A stretch of 49,465 bases of DNA from Candidatus Adlerbacteria bacterium. Its GTDB lineage: Bacteria; Patescibacteriota; Minisyncoccia; Phycocordibacterales; SBAW01. The DNA is taken from the NCBI GenBank assembly GCA_903900775.1, contig CAIUOD010000004.1, positions 1 through 49,465 of the forward strand, read 5' to 3'. The notes beneath the pieces are model-generated. The model was not told where the DNA came from. It worked only from the letters and a program-made list of their open reading frames with translations, and searched no databases. The position numbers and the translations under genes were made by a program. Shown here in pieces: positions 19,134 to 28,639 of the stretch. Numbering within the stretch: position 1 is the first letter of the stretch; each line of letters opens with the position of its first letter.

Positions 19134-20726
19134 ATGGACTCTATTAAAAAATTTTTTGATAAAGAAGTGCTCGGGCATCCGCTGGTGCTCGCGGCGATAG
19201 GCGCGGTGGTGGTAATCGCTCTCGCGAGCGGCGTCTACTATATCTCTGCCACCCGCACACCCGCTACCTCGTGGGGCACGGCGAGTGTGGGCTCCATCGA
19301 GCAGGTGGTGGTAGGCACGGGCACGGTTGCGCCCGCACAAAATCCCGACCTCGCCTTTCAAAGTGGCGGCCGTGTCGCCGCGGTCAACGTCGCGGTCGGG
19401 CAGAATGTCGGCGTCGGCGAAGTGCTTGCCTCGCTCGACACTGCTTCGCTGAATGCGGCACTCTCGCAGGCGAAGGCCGCTCTCGCATCCCAAAAAGCCA
19501 AACTCGACGCGATGCAGGCCGGCGCACTCCAAACCGATGTCGATGCTAAAAAGACTGCCGTAGCACAAGCGCAACAAGTGCTTACTAATCTCTACTCTAG
19601 CGTGCCTGCCGCCATAGAGAACGCTTACCAAGCGACCTATTCTGGTTTACACACCAACACAGACACTCTCTTTTCAAACCCTGATTCGCAAAATCCGACC
19701 CTTCTCTTCCAAACTACTGACAGTCAAGCTTCGACCAACGTGACGAGCGGGCGGACGGTACTGAAAAATGCGCTGGTGGCATGGCAACCCGAGGCCGCCA
19801 CGCTCGCGGCTCCGGGTGCCGCACCCTCCCCTGCCGACTTGGACACGGCACTTGGCTACTCGCTCGAGCAATTGAAAATTGCCCAGACCTTCGATGGCTA
19901 TCTGCTTGAAGCACTTGGCGCATCCATCCCGTCGAACAATTTTACGCAAAGCCAGCTCGGCGCGGCGCGGGTCGCCGCAGGGACACTGAGCGGCTCGATA
20001 AACAATCTCATCACTTCACTACAGCAAACACAACAGCAGATTGCATCGGCAAAAATCGGCGTGCAAAGCGCGACCGATTCTCTCAATCAAACGCTGGCCG
20101 GCTCGACGTCGCAGGATATCGAAGCCGCACAAGCCGCGGTGGCAGGCGCTGAAGCTGGGGTAGAGAGTGCCCAGGCATTGCTTGGCAACGCCATCGTCGT
20201 GGCGCCGTTCTCGGGCACCGTCTCAAGTGTCGCAGTCAAAAGCGGCCAAGTGGTGGCACCCAACACCACGGCCGTCTCGCTCACGCCACACAGCGCTCTG
20301 CAAGTTGAGGTCTATGTGAGCGAAGTTGATGCAGCCGTCCTTAAGAGCGGGCAAGCGGCTGAAGTCACGCTTGATGCCTACGGCACGGGACGCCTCTTCC
20401 CTGCGACGGTTGTCTCGGTTGACCGCTCACCGAGCGGCAGTGGCAACACTGTGGGTTATAAAGTAACGTTGCAATTTGCTGAAAACGATTCGGCCATCGC
20501 GCTCGGTATGGGAGCAAATGTTTCCATCGTCGCGGCTCAAAAAAATAATGTTGTTATTGTGCCAATCTCTGCGGTCATCCAAAACGGCAACCAGGATTTC
20601 GTGCTCGTGCCTGCCACCTCGGGCACTTCACCGCGCGCGGTCACGCTGGGTATTGAGAGCGCAGGCTCTGTCGAGATTACCTCGGGACTCGCCCCGGGGG
20701 AGACGTATCTTTTAACCGCACACTAA
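19134..20726 (+). CDS. Efflux periplasmic adaptor (HlyD/MFP family) with long coiled coil
   Basis: 530 aa. N-terminal TM, GGRVAAVNVAVGQNVGVGEVLASLD, a coiled coil of ~250 aa, and FSGTVSSVAVKSGQVV. Same architecture as the gene at 3031..4638. Confidence 0.8.
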   Translation: MDSIKKFFDKEVLGHPLVLAAIGAVVVIALASGVYYISATRTPATSWGTASVGSIEQVVVGTGTVAPAQNPDLAFQSGGRVAAVNVAVGQNVGVGEVLASLDTASLNAALSQAKAALASQKAKLDAMQAGALQTDVDAKKTAVAQAQQVLTNLYSSVPAAIENAYQATYSGLHTNTDTLFSNPDSQNPTLLFQTTDSQASTNVTSGRTVLKNALVAWQPEAATLAAPGAAPSPADLDTALGYSLEQLKIAQTFDGYLLEALGASIPSNNFTQSQLGAARVAAGTLSGSINNLITSLQQTQQQIASAKIGVQSATDSLNQTLAGSTSQDIEAAQAAVAGAEAGVESAQALLGNAIVVAPFSGTVSSVAVKSGQVVAPNTTAVSLTPHSALQVEVYVSEVDAAVLKSGQAAEVTLDAYGTGRLFPATVVSVDRSPSGSGNTVGYKVTLQFAENDSAIALGMGANVSIVAAQKNNVVIVPISAVIQNGNQDFVLVPATSGTSPRAVTLGIESAGSVEITSGLAPGETYLLTAH

Positions 20727-20736
20727 AATCACCATC

Positions 20737-21387
20737 ATGCCAAAACAAGAAGCTCTAGCAAAACCCCAGAAACGCATGAGTCGGCGCGTCATCGTGCTCG
20801 CCGCCTTTATCGTGGTGGTAGTGGGCGGCAGTATCGCGGCGTTCACCTACTTAAGCGCATCGAGCAAAACAATCTATATCGACAAAGCGCAGATAGCCGC
20901 GCCAGCGGTCGATTTGGGGCCGAGTGCTCCTGGTATCCTCCAGGCGGTCTACGTGGCCGAGGGCGACATCGTGGCGCCCAACACCGTCGTGGCAGAGGTC
21001 GGCACCGAGCTTATCAAGACAACGCAGGGAGGCCTCGTCACCGTGGTTAATAACAACATCGGCAAAACCGTAAGCCCGGGGAACACAGTTGTGGAGACCA
21101 TCGACCCCTTGGCTTTGCGCGTCACGGGGCAAATCGCGGAAGATAAGGGTTTAGTCGACATTAAACCCGGCCAACGCGCGGTGTTCGAGATCGACGCCTT
21201 CGGCAGTAAACAGTATGAAGGCATTGTCGACGAAGTGGCACCCGAGGCGGTGAGCAGTGACGTGGTCTTCACTATTTCGGACAAGCGCCAAGAGCAAAAT
21301 TTCGAAGTCAAAGTGCGCTTTGACACGGTGAAGTATCCCGAACTCAAGAACGGTATGTCGGCCAAAATCTGGGTGTACAAAAATTAG
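20737..21387 (+). CDS. Short HlyD-family adaptor-like protein (no coiled-coil hairpin)
   Basis: 216 aa. N-terminal TM, ILQAVYVAEGDIVAPNTVVAEV (lipoyl-like), and KPGQRAVFEIDAFGSKQYEGIVDEVAP (barrel). Confidence 0.65.
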   Translation: MPKQEALAKPQKRMSRRVIVLAAFIVVVVGGSIAAFTYLSASSKTIYIDKAQIAAPAVDLGPSAPGILQAVYVAEGDIVAPNTVVAEVGTELIKTTQGGLVTVVNNNIGKTVSPGNTVVETIDPLALRVTGQIAEDKGLVDIKPGQRAVFEIDAFGSKQYEGIVDEVAPEAVSSDVVFTISDKRQEQNFEVKVRFDTVKYPELKNGMSAKIWVYKN

Positions 21388-21404
21388 TTCGGGCAGAAAA
21401 TCTA

Positions 21405-22910
21405 ATGGAAGAAAAGAACCCCATGCGATGGATGATCCTGCTGACGGTTATCGTCGGCACGTTTCTCGGCCGGCTCGACCAGACCATCGTCAACCTCGCG
21501 CTCCCCAAAATCATCAACGACTTCGCCATCACCGTCTCGGCCGCGGGCTGGATAGCCACGGCCTACATTTTGGCGAACGCGGTGTTTGTGCCGGTCTGGG
21601 GCAAGCTCGGCGACACGGTGGGGCGCAAAAAAGTCTATATCATCGGCTTCGCGATGTTTATTGTGGGCTCGGCGCTCGCCGGCCTCTCATGGAATTTTAG
21701 CTCGATGATCGTCTTTCGCGTCATTCAGGCTATTGCTGGTTCCGCCGACTACCCCACCGCGATGGCTATCATCGCTTTTACCTTCAGCGAAGGCCGCGAG
21801 CGAGCGCAAGCGCTCGGCATTTGGTCGTCGTCGTTCGCGGCGGCGTCGGTCTTCGGCCCGCTCATCGGCGGCCCCATCATCGACAACCTCGGCTGGCGCT
21901 GGGTCTTTTTAGTAAATATTCCTGTCGGGATTGTGGGACTCCTCATGGCGCTCATCTTTGTGCCGGAGTCGAAGGCGGCCTATCAAGGCTCTCGTTCGTT
22001 CGACTGGTGGGGCGCTATCACGCTCGGGAGCGCGCTCTCCAGCCTGGTGTTAGTGCTCGACCAAGGCACCGACTGGGGCTGGATCTCGACCAATAGTTTC
22101 CTGTGTTACCTTGCCATCGTCGTCTTCATCTCTATTTTCTATATCATCGAACGCGATCACCCCGAGCCTATTGTGGATCTCAAATTCTTCAAAAATGCGA
22201 CCTTCCTCAACGTGATGGGCAACAACTTCCTCGTCTTTATGGGGCTCATGGGGGGTGTTTTTCTTATTCCCATTTTTGCGCAAACGTTCTTGGGCTACAC
22301 CGCCACCGAGTCTGGTTATCTTTTTATGCCCATGGCGCTGGCACTTATGTTGGCGGCCCCTTTGGGGGGCGCTTTGGTGGGCCGCGTTGAGGCGCGATGG
22401 GTCATTATGGCTTCAACCTTCGTCGCCTCATTCGGTTTCATCCTTTTCTCGATATTTATTGATGTGCGCGCCACGGCCCTGGATATTATGTTCCCGCTCT
22501 TTGTGATGGCCTTCGGCCTGGGCTTTGGTATGTCACAACGCACCGCGGCAGTGGCCGCCATTGTGCCAAAAGAGGAAATCGGCGTGGCCTCCTCCATCCT
22601 CGCCTTGGCGCGCAACATTGCCGGAGCCTTTGGCATTGCACTTTTCGGCACGCTACTAAACTCGGTTACCGAAAGCAACGTGCTCTCGATAGCGCAAAAC
22701 AGCGCGGTCAATATGCAGCTTGCGCTCCAGGCGGGCAATACGCATGCGATGCAGACCTTCATCTCTCTCATCGAGCTCAAGGCGCAGGTGAATGCCTATA
22801 ACACGGTCTTCCTCTCCGCCGCGGCGCTCTTGGCCGTTGGCGCTATCGCAACTTACTGGCTGAAGATCCCCGAGAAAGTCCTCGAAGAGCCGATTTATAT
22901 TGAAGGATAG
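21405..22910 (+). CDS. MFS transporter, DHA2 (EmrB/QacA, 14-TM) type
   Basis: 501 aa. LDQTIVNLALPKI, GKLGDTVGRKKVY, and about 14 hydrophobic segments. Confidence 0.85.
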   Translation: MEEKNPMRWMILLTVIVGTFLGRLDQTIVNLALPKIINDFAITVSAAGWIATAYILANAVFVPVWGKLGDTVGRKKVYIIGFAMFIVGSALAGLSWNFSSMIVFRVIQAIAGSADYPTAMAIIAFTFSEGRERAQALGIWSSSFAAASVFGPLIGGPIIDNLGWRWVFLVNIPVGIVGLLMALIFVPESKAAYQGSRSFDWWGAITLGSALSSLVLVLDQGTDWGWISTNSFLCYLAIVVFISIFYIIERDHPEPIVDLKFFKNATFLNVMGNNFLVFMGLMGGVFLIPIFAQTFLGYTATESGYLFMPMALALMLAAPLGGALVGRVEARWVIMASTFVASFGFILFSIFIDVRATALDIMFPLFVMAFGLGFGMSQRTAAVAAIVPKEEIGVASSILALARNIAGAFGIALFGTLLNSVTESNVLSIAQNSAVNMQLALQAGNTHAMQTFISLIELKAQVNAYNTVFLSAAALLAVGAIATYWLKIPEKVLEEPIYIEG

Positions 22911-22971
22911 CTCATAAGGCTCTTTTCTGATACGGTATCTCTGGTTGCAACTCTAACCGGGAGTAAACAAT

Positions 22972-24363
22972 ATGAACCCGTTAATGGCTATAGGGCCAAT
23001 CGACGGACGCTACCACGACGTGACCAAGGTACTCGCCCCATACTTCAGCGAGTCCGCCCTCACCAAGTGCCGTGTCTTCGTGATGACCGAGCACCTTCTC
23101 GCGCTCTCCAGGCACCCACAGGTACCCTTGCGAGCGCTTACCAAGGGGGAGATATTGCTCGTCCACCGGCTCCAGAAGATCTCTCCCGAGGACGCCGAGA
23201 TCATCAAGGCCATCGAAAAGACCGGCTACGGCACTATCAAGCGGACGAATCACGACGTGAAGGCCTGCGAGCTCTATCTGCGGATGAAGTTCGCCGAAAC
23301 CTCGCTGGCTGATGTCGTCGAGTGGATACACTTCGGTCGTACCTCCGAAGACGTCGACAACTGTGCCTACGCGATCATGATCCGCGGCGCGATGCGTGAC
23401 ATACTCGCGCCCATCCTCGGGAGTAACTATGGCACTCTCAAGGACTTTGCCAAACGCTATGCCGATTTGCCGATGCTTGCCCGTACGCACGGTCAACCGG
23501 CGACGCCGACCACGCTTGGCAAAGAATTCAACGTCCACGCGCGTCGTCTGGTCGACCAGCTCAAGAAGTTGCCCAATCACAAGATCCAGGTTAAGTCCAA
23601 CGGCGCCAGCGGCAACGACAACGCAGCGTGTGTGGCCATCCCTGAGGTGGACTGGCCCGACTTCGCGCATGACTTTTTGAACAAGTGTCTCAATCGAAGG
23701 ACCCGTCCGAGGATCTTGGTGAATCCAGTGACGACTCAGGTCGAGTCGTTTGACTCCCATGCCGAGCTCTTCGAAATCCTGGAGCGCACGAACACCATTC
23801 TCACCGGTCTCTGCCAGGATCTCTGGCGGTATATCAGCGATGAGTGGTTCGTCCAAGTCGCCGTTCCGGGGGAAGTTGGTTCTTCTACGATGCCGCAGAA
23901 GGTCAACCCCATCGAACTTGAGAACGCCTGGGGAAATCTCGGCATGGCGAACGCACTCTTGGGGTTCTTCTGCGAGAAACTGCCAGTCTCATGGCTGCAG
24001 CGAGACCTCAGCGGCTCGACGGTTAGGCGGAACATCGGCGTAGCTTTCGCGCACTGCCTCATCGCCTACCAATCGATCGCGAAGGGGCTCGGCAAGATAT
24101 CGGCCAACGAGCCCAAGATTCTCCAAGCGCTCGCCGACCATCCCGAAGTCATCGCGGAGGCTTACCAGACGATTCTCCGTGTGGCCGGATTCCCGAAAGC
24201 ATATGATGCGCTGAAAGATCTCGTGCGCGGCAAAAAGGTCTCCATGGACGATCTGCACGAGTTTGTCCGCGGCCTCGACGTGCCCGAGGAGGTGAAGGCG
24301 CGAATGCTCGCCGTCACGCCGCGCAACTACATCGGCTTCGCTCCGCGCCTCGCGCGGATGTGA
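22972..24363 (+). CDS. purB: Adenylosuccinate lyase
   Basis: 463 aa. GPIDGRYHD..., fumarate-lyase signature GSSTMPQKVNPIELEN. Confidence 0.9.
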   Translation: MNPLMAIGPIDGRYHDVTKVLAPYFSESALTKCRVFVMTEHLLALSRHPQVPLRALTKGEILLVHRLQKISPEDAEIIKAIEKTGYGTIKRTNHDVKACELYLRMKFAETSLADVVEWIHFGRTSEDVDNCAYAIMIRGAMRDILAPILGSNYGTLKDFAKRYADLPMLARTHGQPATPTTLGKEFNVHARRLVDQLKKLPNHKIQVKSNGASGNDNAACVAIPEVDWPDFAHDFLNKCLNRRTRPRILVNPVTTQVESFDSHAELFEILERTNTILTGLCQDLWRYISDEWFVQVAVPGEVGSSTMPQKVNPIELENAWGNLGMANALLGFFCEKLPVSWLQRDLSGSTVRRNIGVAFAHCLIAYQSIAKGLGKISANEPKILQALADHPEVIAEAYQTILRVAGFPKAYDALKDLVRGKKVSMDDLHEFVRGLDVPEEVKARMLAVTPRNYIGFAPRLARM

Positions 24364-24390
24364 GCAACCACAACCTTTCCGCATATGCGG

Positions 24391-24429
24391 AACGCCGCCC
24401 AGAGCGATCTGGGCGGCGTTTTCTCTTCC
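24391..24429. terminator. Terminator hairpin after purB
   Basis: aacgccgccc-agagcgatct-gggcggcgtt followed by ttctcttcc. It is preceded by a perfect 16-bp palindrome, ttccgcatatgcggaa (24377-24392). Confidence 0.6.
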
Positions 24430-24446
24430 AATATTTTTAGTAAAAA

Positions 24447-25229
24447 CTACGGCGTCGTAGTGGTGGTCGTGGCAGGGGTCGAGGTTGCCGAAGGATTTAC
24501 TTTGAGCCCTTTGAGAATGGTCGCGATGTCTTTGCGCCCAGCAACTATATCTTTCTGTGCCGTTGCAAGATCGGCGCGCGCTGTTTTAAGCGCCGCGGTA
24601 TTGGCCGCCATTTTTGTTTTGTCTCCCTGATCTGGCACGAGCGTGGCCGAGATAGTTACCGACTGTTGCGCCTGCGCCGAAGCGTCCGAGAGTTTCGTGC
24701 CCAAGTCGGCGAGCGCCATGGAGAGCTTCGAAACGTCCGTGCCACTGCTTTGTGCTGCGGCCAAGCGGGTCTGGAGCTTCGTTCCGAGTGTGGTCATCAT
24801 ACCCGTAATGGTAACAATCCTGTCGGCGGCGGCGGCAATACGCCCCTGCGGCACCACGAGCGCGAAGATGCGGTACGACTGCGTTACCGACTGCACGTCT
24901 GTCTTGAGGGTCGCGGCATCGGTGTCAGCATCGATCTTAGCCTGGAGCGCGGTTAGACCCGCGACCTGTCCTTCGACGGCGGTCTTCAAACTCTGTTTAA
25001 ACGCATCGGTGACTTTTTGCATCTGCCCAGCGCGCGTATCAAGATCGTTGAGCGCGGTGATACGGCGAGTGATTTCTTTATCGGCATGACTGATGGCCGT
25101 TTTCATTTTGGCAGTGACAGCAACCGGGGTTGAGCTGGCAGTGGCAGTTGTTTGAGCGAACGCAAGCGCCGGGGCGAGCAGAGTGCCCACCAAGACGAGC
25201 GCGGCAATTTTAGAAGGAGTTTTTTGCAT
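24447..25229 (-). CDS. Secreted alpha-helical/coiled-coil hypothetical protein
   Basis: 260 aa. Signal peptide MQKTPSKIAALVLVGTLLAPALAFAQ, an Ala/Thr/Lys-rich helical repeat body, and a Thr-rich tail. Confidence 0.6.
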   Translation of the reverse strand: MQKTPSKIAALVLVGTLLAPALAFAQTTATASSTPVAVTAKMKTAISHADKEITRRITALNDLDTRAGQMQKVTDAFKQSLKTAVEGQVAGLTALQAKIDADTDAATLKTDVQSVTQSYRIFALVVPQGRIAAAADRIVTITGMMTTLGTKLQTRLAAAQSSGTDVSKLSMALADLGTKLSDASAQAQQSVTISATLVPDQGDKTKMAANTAALKTARADLATAQKDIVAGRKDIATILKGLKVNPSATSTPATTTTTTP

Positions 25230-25244
25230 GGTTAAAGATATGGA

Positions 25245-25556
25245 TTAATAAGATTGTGCGACCGGCGTGTCGCTCATGCTCGAAGAAATATTGGTCGCAT
25301 CCACGCTGTAGGCGCTTATCTGGGCATCGACAGCCGCCGCATCTTGCGTCAAAGCCGCGTCAGAAGTGTCGGCGTCCGCGCTCATGCCATTGGTCGGGGC
25401 AGGCGGCGTCGCGGCAACCGTCGAGCTGGCTGCGCTCGGCACCGCGGCGCTTTGCGAAGTCGCCCCCGTACCGCGAAGCCAGCCGCTCCACCACACCATC
25501 CAGGCGAGTGCCGCGATAACAATAAGCGCAATAATCCATTTAATTGCTGTTCCCAT
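25245..25556 (-). CDS. Small membrane-anchored Ala/Ser-rich hypothetical protein
   Basis: 103 aa. N-terminal TM (IKWIIALIVIAALAWMVWWSGW). Confidence 0.5.
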   Translation of the reverse strand: MGTAIKWIIALIVIAALAWMVWWSGWLRGTGATSQSAAVPSAASSTVAATPPAPTNGMSADADTSDAALTQDAAAVDAQISAYSVDATNISSSMSDTPVAQSY

Positions 25557-25626
25557 ATTTTTTAATTATCTAATAGCAAAGCCAGTATACTACTCTCTCA
25601 AAACGATTGTCCACAAACGATATCTC

Positions 25627-26346
25627 TTAATGGGTAAAATAGACCATCTGTGGGCCGCCGACCCAGGTCGCCGAGCCATCACCCTCAATCGGGTACGTCT
25701 CCCCCAAATACTTAGGCACGCGAGAAAGCGAGAGGTCGAGGAACGCTTTGAGCGAGGCCGGAATTTCGCGGAGCGAATTTAAGAAGTAGCGCTCGTTCGA
25801 CCTCCCCGCGTCAAACCCCACCGCAGAGAGTCCGAGCACCCGTGCAATAAAGAGCGCTCGGGGCAGATGGAAGCGTTGCGAAACGATAATAACCTGTGAG
25901 ACGCCGAAGACCGCTTTGGCGCGATACATACTGCTATAGGTGTCGAAACCGGCATAATCCAAAAATATATCCTGCTGTGGCACGCCCGCGCCGAGCAGAT
26001 ATTCTCCCACCGGATAGACCTCGTTGTAGGTGAGCGTTGCATTGTCGCCGCTCACTAAAATTTTTTTAACTTTACCTGCCGCATAGAGCGCGAGTGCGGC
26101 GTCGGCGCGCTCTTTCATCACCGGCGAGAGCGCGCCACTCGAGGCCACCGAGGCCCCGAGCACGAGCGCCACCGGCTCGGGGGGCACCGCACTCGTCGAG
26201 GTATACACATTTGAGTTTGTAGCCGCGATGACCGCGAGATTAAACACCAACACCAAGGCAGTGGCGCTAAGCACAGCAAGCACCACCCATTGTACGGCTC
26301 GCTTCATAGTAGCAGTATAGCTTTTTCTTAAATTACCAGCGCTCAA
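25627..26346 (-). CDS. SanA/YdcF (DUF218) family protein
   Basis: 239 aa. GASVASSGALSPVMKERADAALALYAAGKVKKILVSGDNATLTYNEVYPVGEYLLGAGVPQQDIFLDYAGFDTYSSMYRAKAVF...IVSQRFHLPRA matches the SanA pattern. An alternative start is MKRAVQW at 26307. Confidence 0.75.
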   Translation of the reverse strand: MSAGNLRKSYTATMKRAVQWVVLAVLSATALVLVFNLAVIAATNSNVYTSTSAVPPEPVALVLGASVASSGALSPVMKERADAALALYAAGKVKKILVSGDNATLTYNEVYPVGEYLLGAGVPQQDIFLDYAGFDTYSSMYRAKAVFGVSQVIIVSQRFHLPRALFIARVLGLSAVGFDAGRSNERYFLNSLREIPASLKAFLDLSLSRVPKYLGETYPIEGDGSATWVGGPQMVYFTH

Positions 26347-27013
26347 GCGGGACGATCTCGCTTATATCACTGTGCATGGCGGGGATGACGCACAAGACTT
26401 TGCCCGCGATTTTAAAATCTTCGCGCAAGACAATGGGTTTGTATTTGGGATTTTTTGACTCGGGCCATAGGACGACCATCCCGGGCTGGCCGTTACCTCC
26501 GGGCACGCGCTCAAAGCGCTTCACGGTAACCATGTCGCCCACGATAGCCGCAACGCGGTCGCCATTTTCGGCGTGGTCGGTAAAGCGAATGAGCACGTAG
26601 TCGCCGGGGTTGATGCCCGCATCGGTCATACTGTCGCCCACCGCACGCACTGCGACGATGCCGCCTGAATCTTCCTCGACGATTTTTTTATCAACCTCCA
26701 AAAATTCGGTACGCTCTTCTGCCGCGAAGACGCTCAAGTCGTCACAGCCAACCGATGCAATAATCGGCACGGAGATCGTGCTCCCCCAGGCGCCGTCGGC
26801 ATTGAGCAATTCGATATTGCGCTTAAAGCCGTGCCGTCGCACGAGGTAGCCCTTCTCTTCTAATATGTCGAGATATTGTGTGACGGTGCGCGAGGAGCTG
26901 AAGCCCAGCCGCGCGCGCAAGTCGGCAAGCGTGGGCGACTCGCCCTGCCGCTCGACGTAGTCTCTAATGGCGCCCAGAACCTTCTGCTGTTTATAGGTGA
27001 GAATTTTGTTCAT
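26333..27013 (-). CDS. lexA: LexA-like repressor (wHTH + S24 peptidase)
   Basis: 226 aa. N-terminal LTYKQQKVLGAIRDYVERQGESPTLADLRARLGFSSSRTVTQYLDILEEKGYL. C-terminal VGDSMTDAGINPGDYVLI ... K (Ser-Lys dyad). Confidence 0.85.
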   Translation of the reverse strand: MNKILTYKQQKVLGAIRDYVERQGESPTLADLRARLGFSSSRTVTQYLDILEEKGYLVRRHGFKRNIELLNADGAWGSTISVPIIASVGCDDLSVFAAEERTEFLEVDKKIVEEDSGGIVAVRAVGDSMTDAGINPGDYVLIRFTDHAENGDRVAAIVGDMVTVKRFERVPGGNGQPGMVVLWPESKNPKYKPIVLREDFKIAGKVLCVIPAMHSDISEIVPLERW

Positions 27014-27053
27014 GTGTGTATGATAGCACTGTATTTAGCGCAACTATACACAC
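27014..27053. promoter_or_regulatory. Candidate operator (imperfect inverted repeat) directly upstream of lexA
   Basis: GTGTGTATGATAG (27014-27026) and CTATACACAC (27044-27053), abutting the lexA start codon. Confidence 0.3.
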
Positions 27054-27078
27054 CATACACTAATCTGTGGATAACCCT

Positions 27079-27369
27079 TTAGCCGCGGTGCTCTCCGTCC
27101 ATGCTGAAAAGCGTGTGGAAACGCAATTTGGCAACGCCAAAGAGATAGACGATTTCGAGAATGCCAGCCGTGTTGACGACCAAAAGGACTAAAAACCACC
27201 ACGGTTTGCCGCGGCGCGCCGAGTGCCACAAGGCCAAACCCTTCCAAAAAAGCGTCCAGAGCGCCAAAAGCCCGAGCAAACCCAGGAGCGGACCCGAAAA
27301 CGGCACATTTATAAAGTATCCATGCCAGCGAACAATGTCCAAACCATGACTATAATCATAATTGTTCAT
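27079..27369 (-). CDS. Small membrane protein, DUF5652-like
   Basis: 96 aa. WTLFWKGLALWHSARRGKPWWFLVLLVVNTAGILEIVYLF resembles DUF5652 as I remember it. The ATGA overlap with the upstream gene suggests an operon. Confidence 0.5.
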   Translation of the reverse strand: MNNYDYSHGLDIVRWHGYFINVPFSGPLLGLLGLLALWTLFWKGLALWHSARRGKPWWFLVLLVVNTAGILEIVYLFGVAKLRFHTLFSMDGEHRG

Positions 27370-27737
27370 GAAGTAATTCTACCACGCAGTTGCCGGCGCA
27401 AGGCTTTGTGATTTGGGATAGTTTGAGCGACCAGCGCCCAGAAGGCCGGCGAGTGATTGAATTCGATAAGGTGGCACAGCTCGTGGGCGATGATGTAGTC
27501 GGCAAGCGAAGGTGGCAGGAGGACGATTTTATAATTAAAGTTGAGATTGCCGCGCTCACTACAGCTGCCCCAGCGAGATTTGTGATTTTTAATAAATATT
27601 TTACGCAAGGGCACGTGATAAAAATTGTTGAAATGCGCCAGGCGCGCGTGCACCAGCACGCGCGCCTGCTCGCGTTTCGCCAAATACTGCCGCCGGTTGC
27701 GCCCGCCAAGGCGGGCAGGCCGCAAGAAAAACGACAT
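27366..27737 (-). CDS. YgjP-like (DUF45) zinc metallopeptidase, short form
   Basis: 123 aa. SRWGSCSERGNLNFNYKIVLLPPSLADYIIAHELCHLIEFNHSPAFWALV (HExxH). Confidence 0.75.
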   Translation of the reverse strand: MSFFLRPARLGGRNRRQYLAKREQARVLVHARLAHFNNFYHVPLRKIFIKNHKSRWGSCSERGNLNFNYKIVLLPPSLADYIIAHELCHLIEFNHSPAFWALVAQTIPNHKALRRQLRGRITS

Positions 27738-27742
27738 TTATT

Positions 27743-28624
27743 CTAGAGCGTTAAGGTCCGGCGGACGGCGTCAAACTGCGCGATGAGCGCATCACGATCG
27801 AAGGCTGTCTTGGTGCCAGCCGGATAATTGGCCAGTTGGGTTGAGTGGATGAGATAGCGCACCGCAGTGCACGGGCTCGTGCCCGGGAGCGCGTAGACGT
27901 CCTCCTCGTAGAGATTACCCGCCGCTCCACCACCGCCTTTTGCGTAGGAATAGGTAGTGCCACCGTCCGTCACCGTGCTGGTTGCCATAGTTTTCTCGCC
28001 GAAGAAGAGCGCAGCGTTGCACTCTTGCACATTGGGGAGCTGTTCGATTGAGACGCCGGTGTCGCTACTCGAGAGATTGGTGCCCGCGGCCATACTCGCC
28101 GGAATCGTTACTTTGACGCCTTTGATATCTCTACCCGGGCCGAGCTCTTGATAGGTGTACGGAGTATTGAGCGTGTAACCCGCCGGATAGCGGAAGGAGT
28201 AGCCCGCCGTGCCATCGCTGTATATTTGCGGGAGTGTGCCCGGGTCAGGTGCTACCGCTACACAGCCCGTGTAGGTTTGCTTTTGGTCTGTCCCCTCCTC
28301 AACAAATGCGCCGTTGCCTTTCTCCCAAAAAACAAGACTTTCGCTACCGGCCACCTGTGGATTACCGTCCGAGTAGCGCCCACCATCGGCCGAAAGGGTT
28401 TGTGGAAGCGATAGATTTCGGCCATCACTTAAAGTTAACTCGACTCTATTTTTATAAAAAACAGCAGTGATATTCTTACCAGCATCGCAGGCAAAGGCGA
28501 CCGTCGCCACGGGATTGTTCTCCGAGGTGGGCGCCAGGGCCACGCGATGCCCCCACCACAGCCATACGCCGCCTATTACCACCACGACCAGCACGAGTAA
28601 TGAGAGTGTTTTTGAGGTCTGCAT
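27743..28624 (-). CDS. Secreted protein with N-terminal MliC-like domain
   Basis: 293 aa. TM/signal peptide, then VAFACDAGKNITAVFYKNRVELTLSDGRNLSLPQTLSADGGRYSDG...LVFWEKGNGAFV (MliC pattern). The C-terminal half is unknown. Confidence 0.55.
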   Translation of the reverse strand: MQTSKTLSLLVLVVVVIGGVWLWWGHRVALAPTSENNPVATVAFACDAGKNITAVFYKNRVELTLSDGRNLSLPQTLSADGGRYSDGNPQVAGSESLVFWEKGNGAFVEEGTDQKQTYTGCVAVAPDPGTLPQIYSDGTAGYSFRYPAGYTLNTPYTYQELGPGRDIKGVKVTIPASMAAGTNLSSSDTGVSIEQLPNVQECNAALFFGEKTMATSTVTDGGTTYSYAKGGGGAAGNLYEEDVYALPGTSPCTAVRYLIHSTQLANYPAGTKTAFDRDALIAQFDAVRRTLTL

Positions 28625-28639
28625 ACCTTTATTCTAGCA

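Noticed and set aside
22981-23856. 291-aa ORF antisense to purB. Similar long antisense ORFs occur at 3824-4588 (vs the adaptor), 13821-14654 (vs rnj), 31485-32300, 35764-36432, 1009-1821 and 42914-43405 (vs RHH copy 2).
   Set aside because: Each lies opposite a gene with clear family signatures. Their translations are Arg/Ala/Pro-rich with no motifs, as expected for open antisense frames in GC-rich DNA.
24377-24392. Perfect 16-bp palindrome ttccgcatatgcggaa after purB, whose TTCCGCA/TGCGGAA arms also form the hairpin at 41835-41865. Considered as a possible dispersed REP-like element.
   Set aside because: There are only two occurrences, and both sit where a terminator hairpin is expected. 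This is insufficient to call a repeat family.
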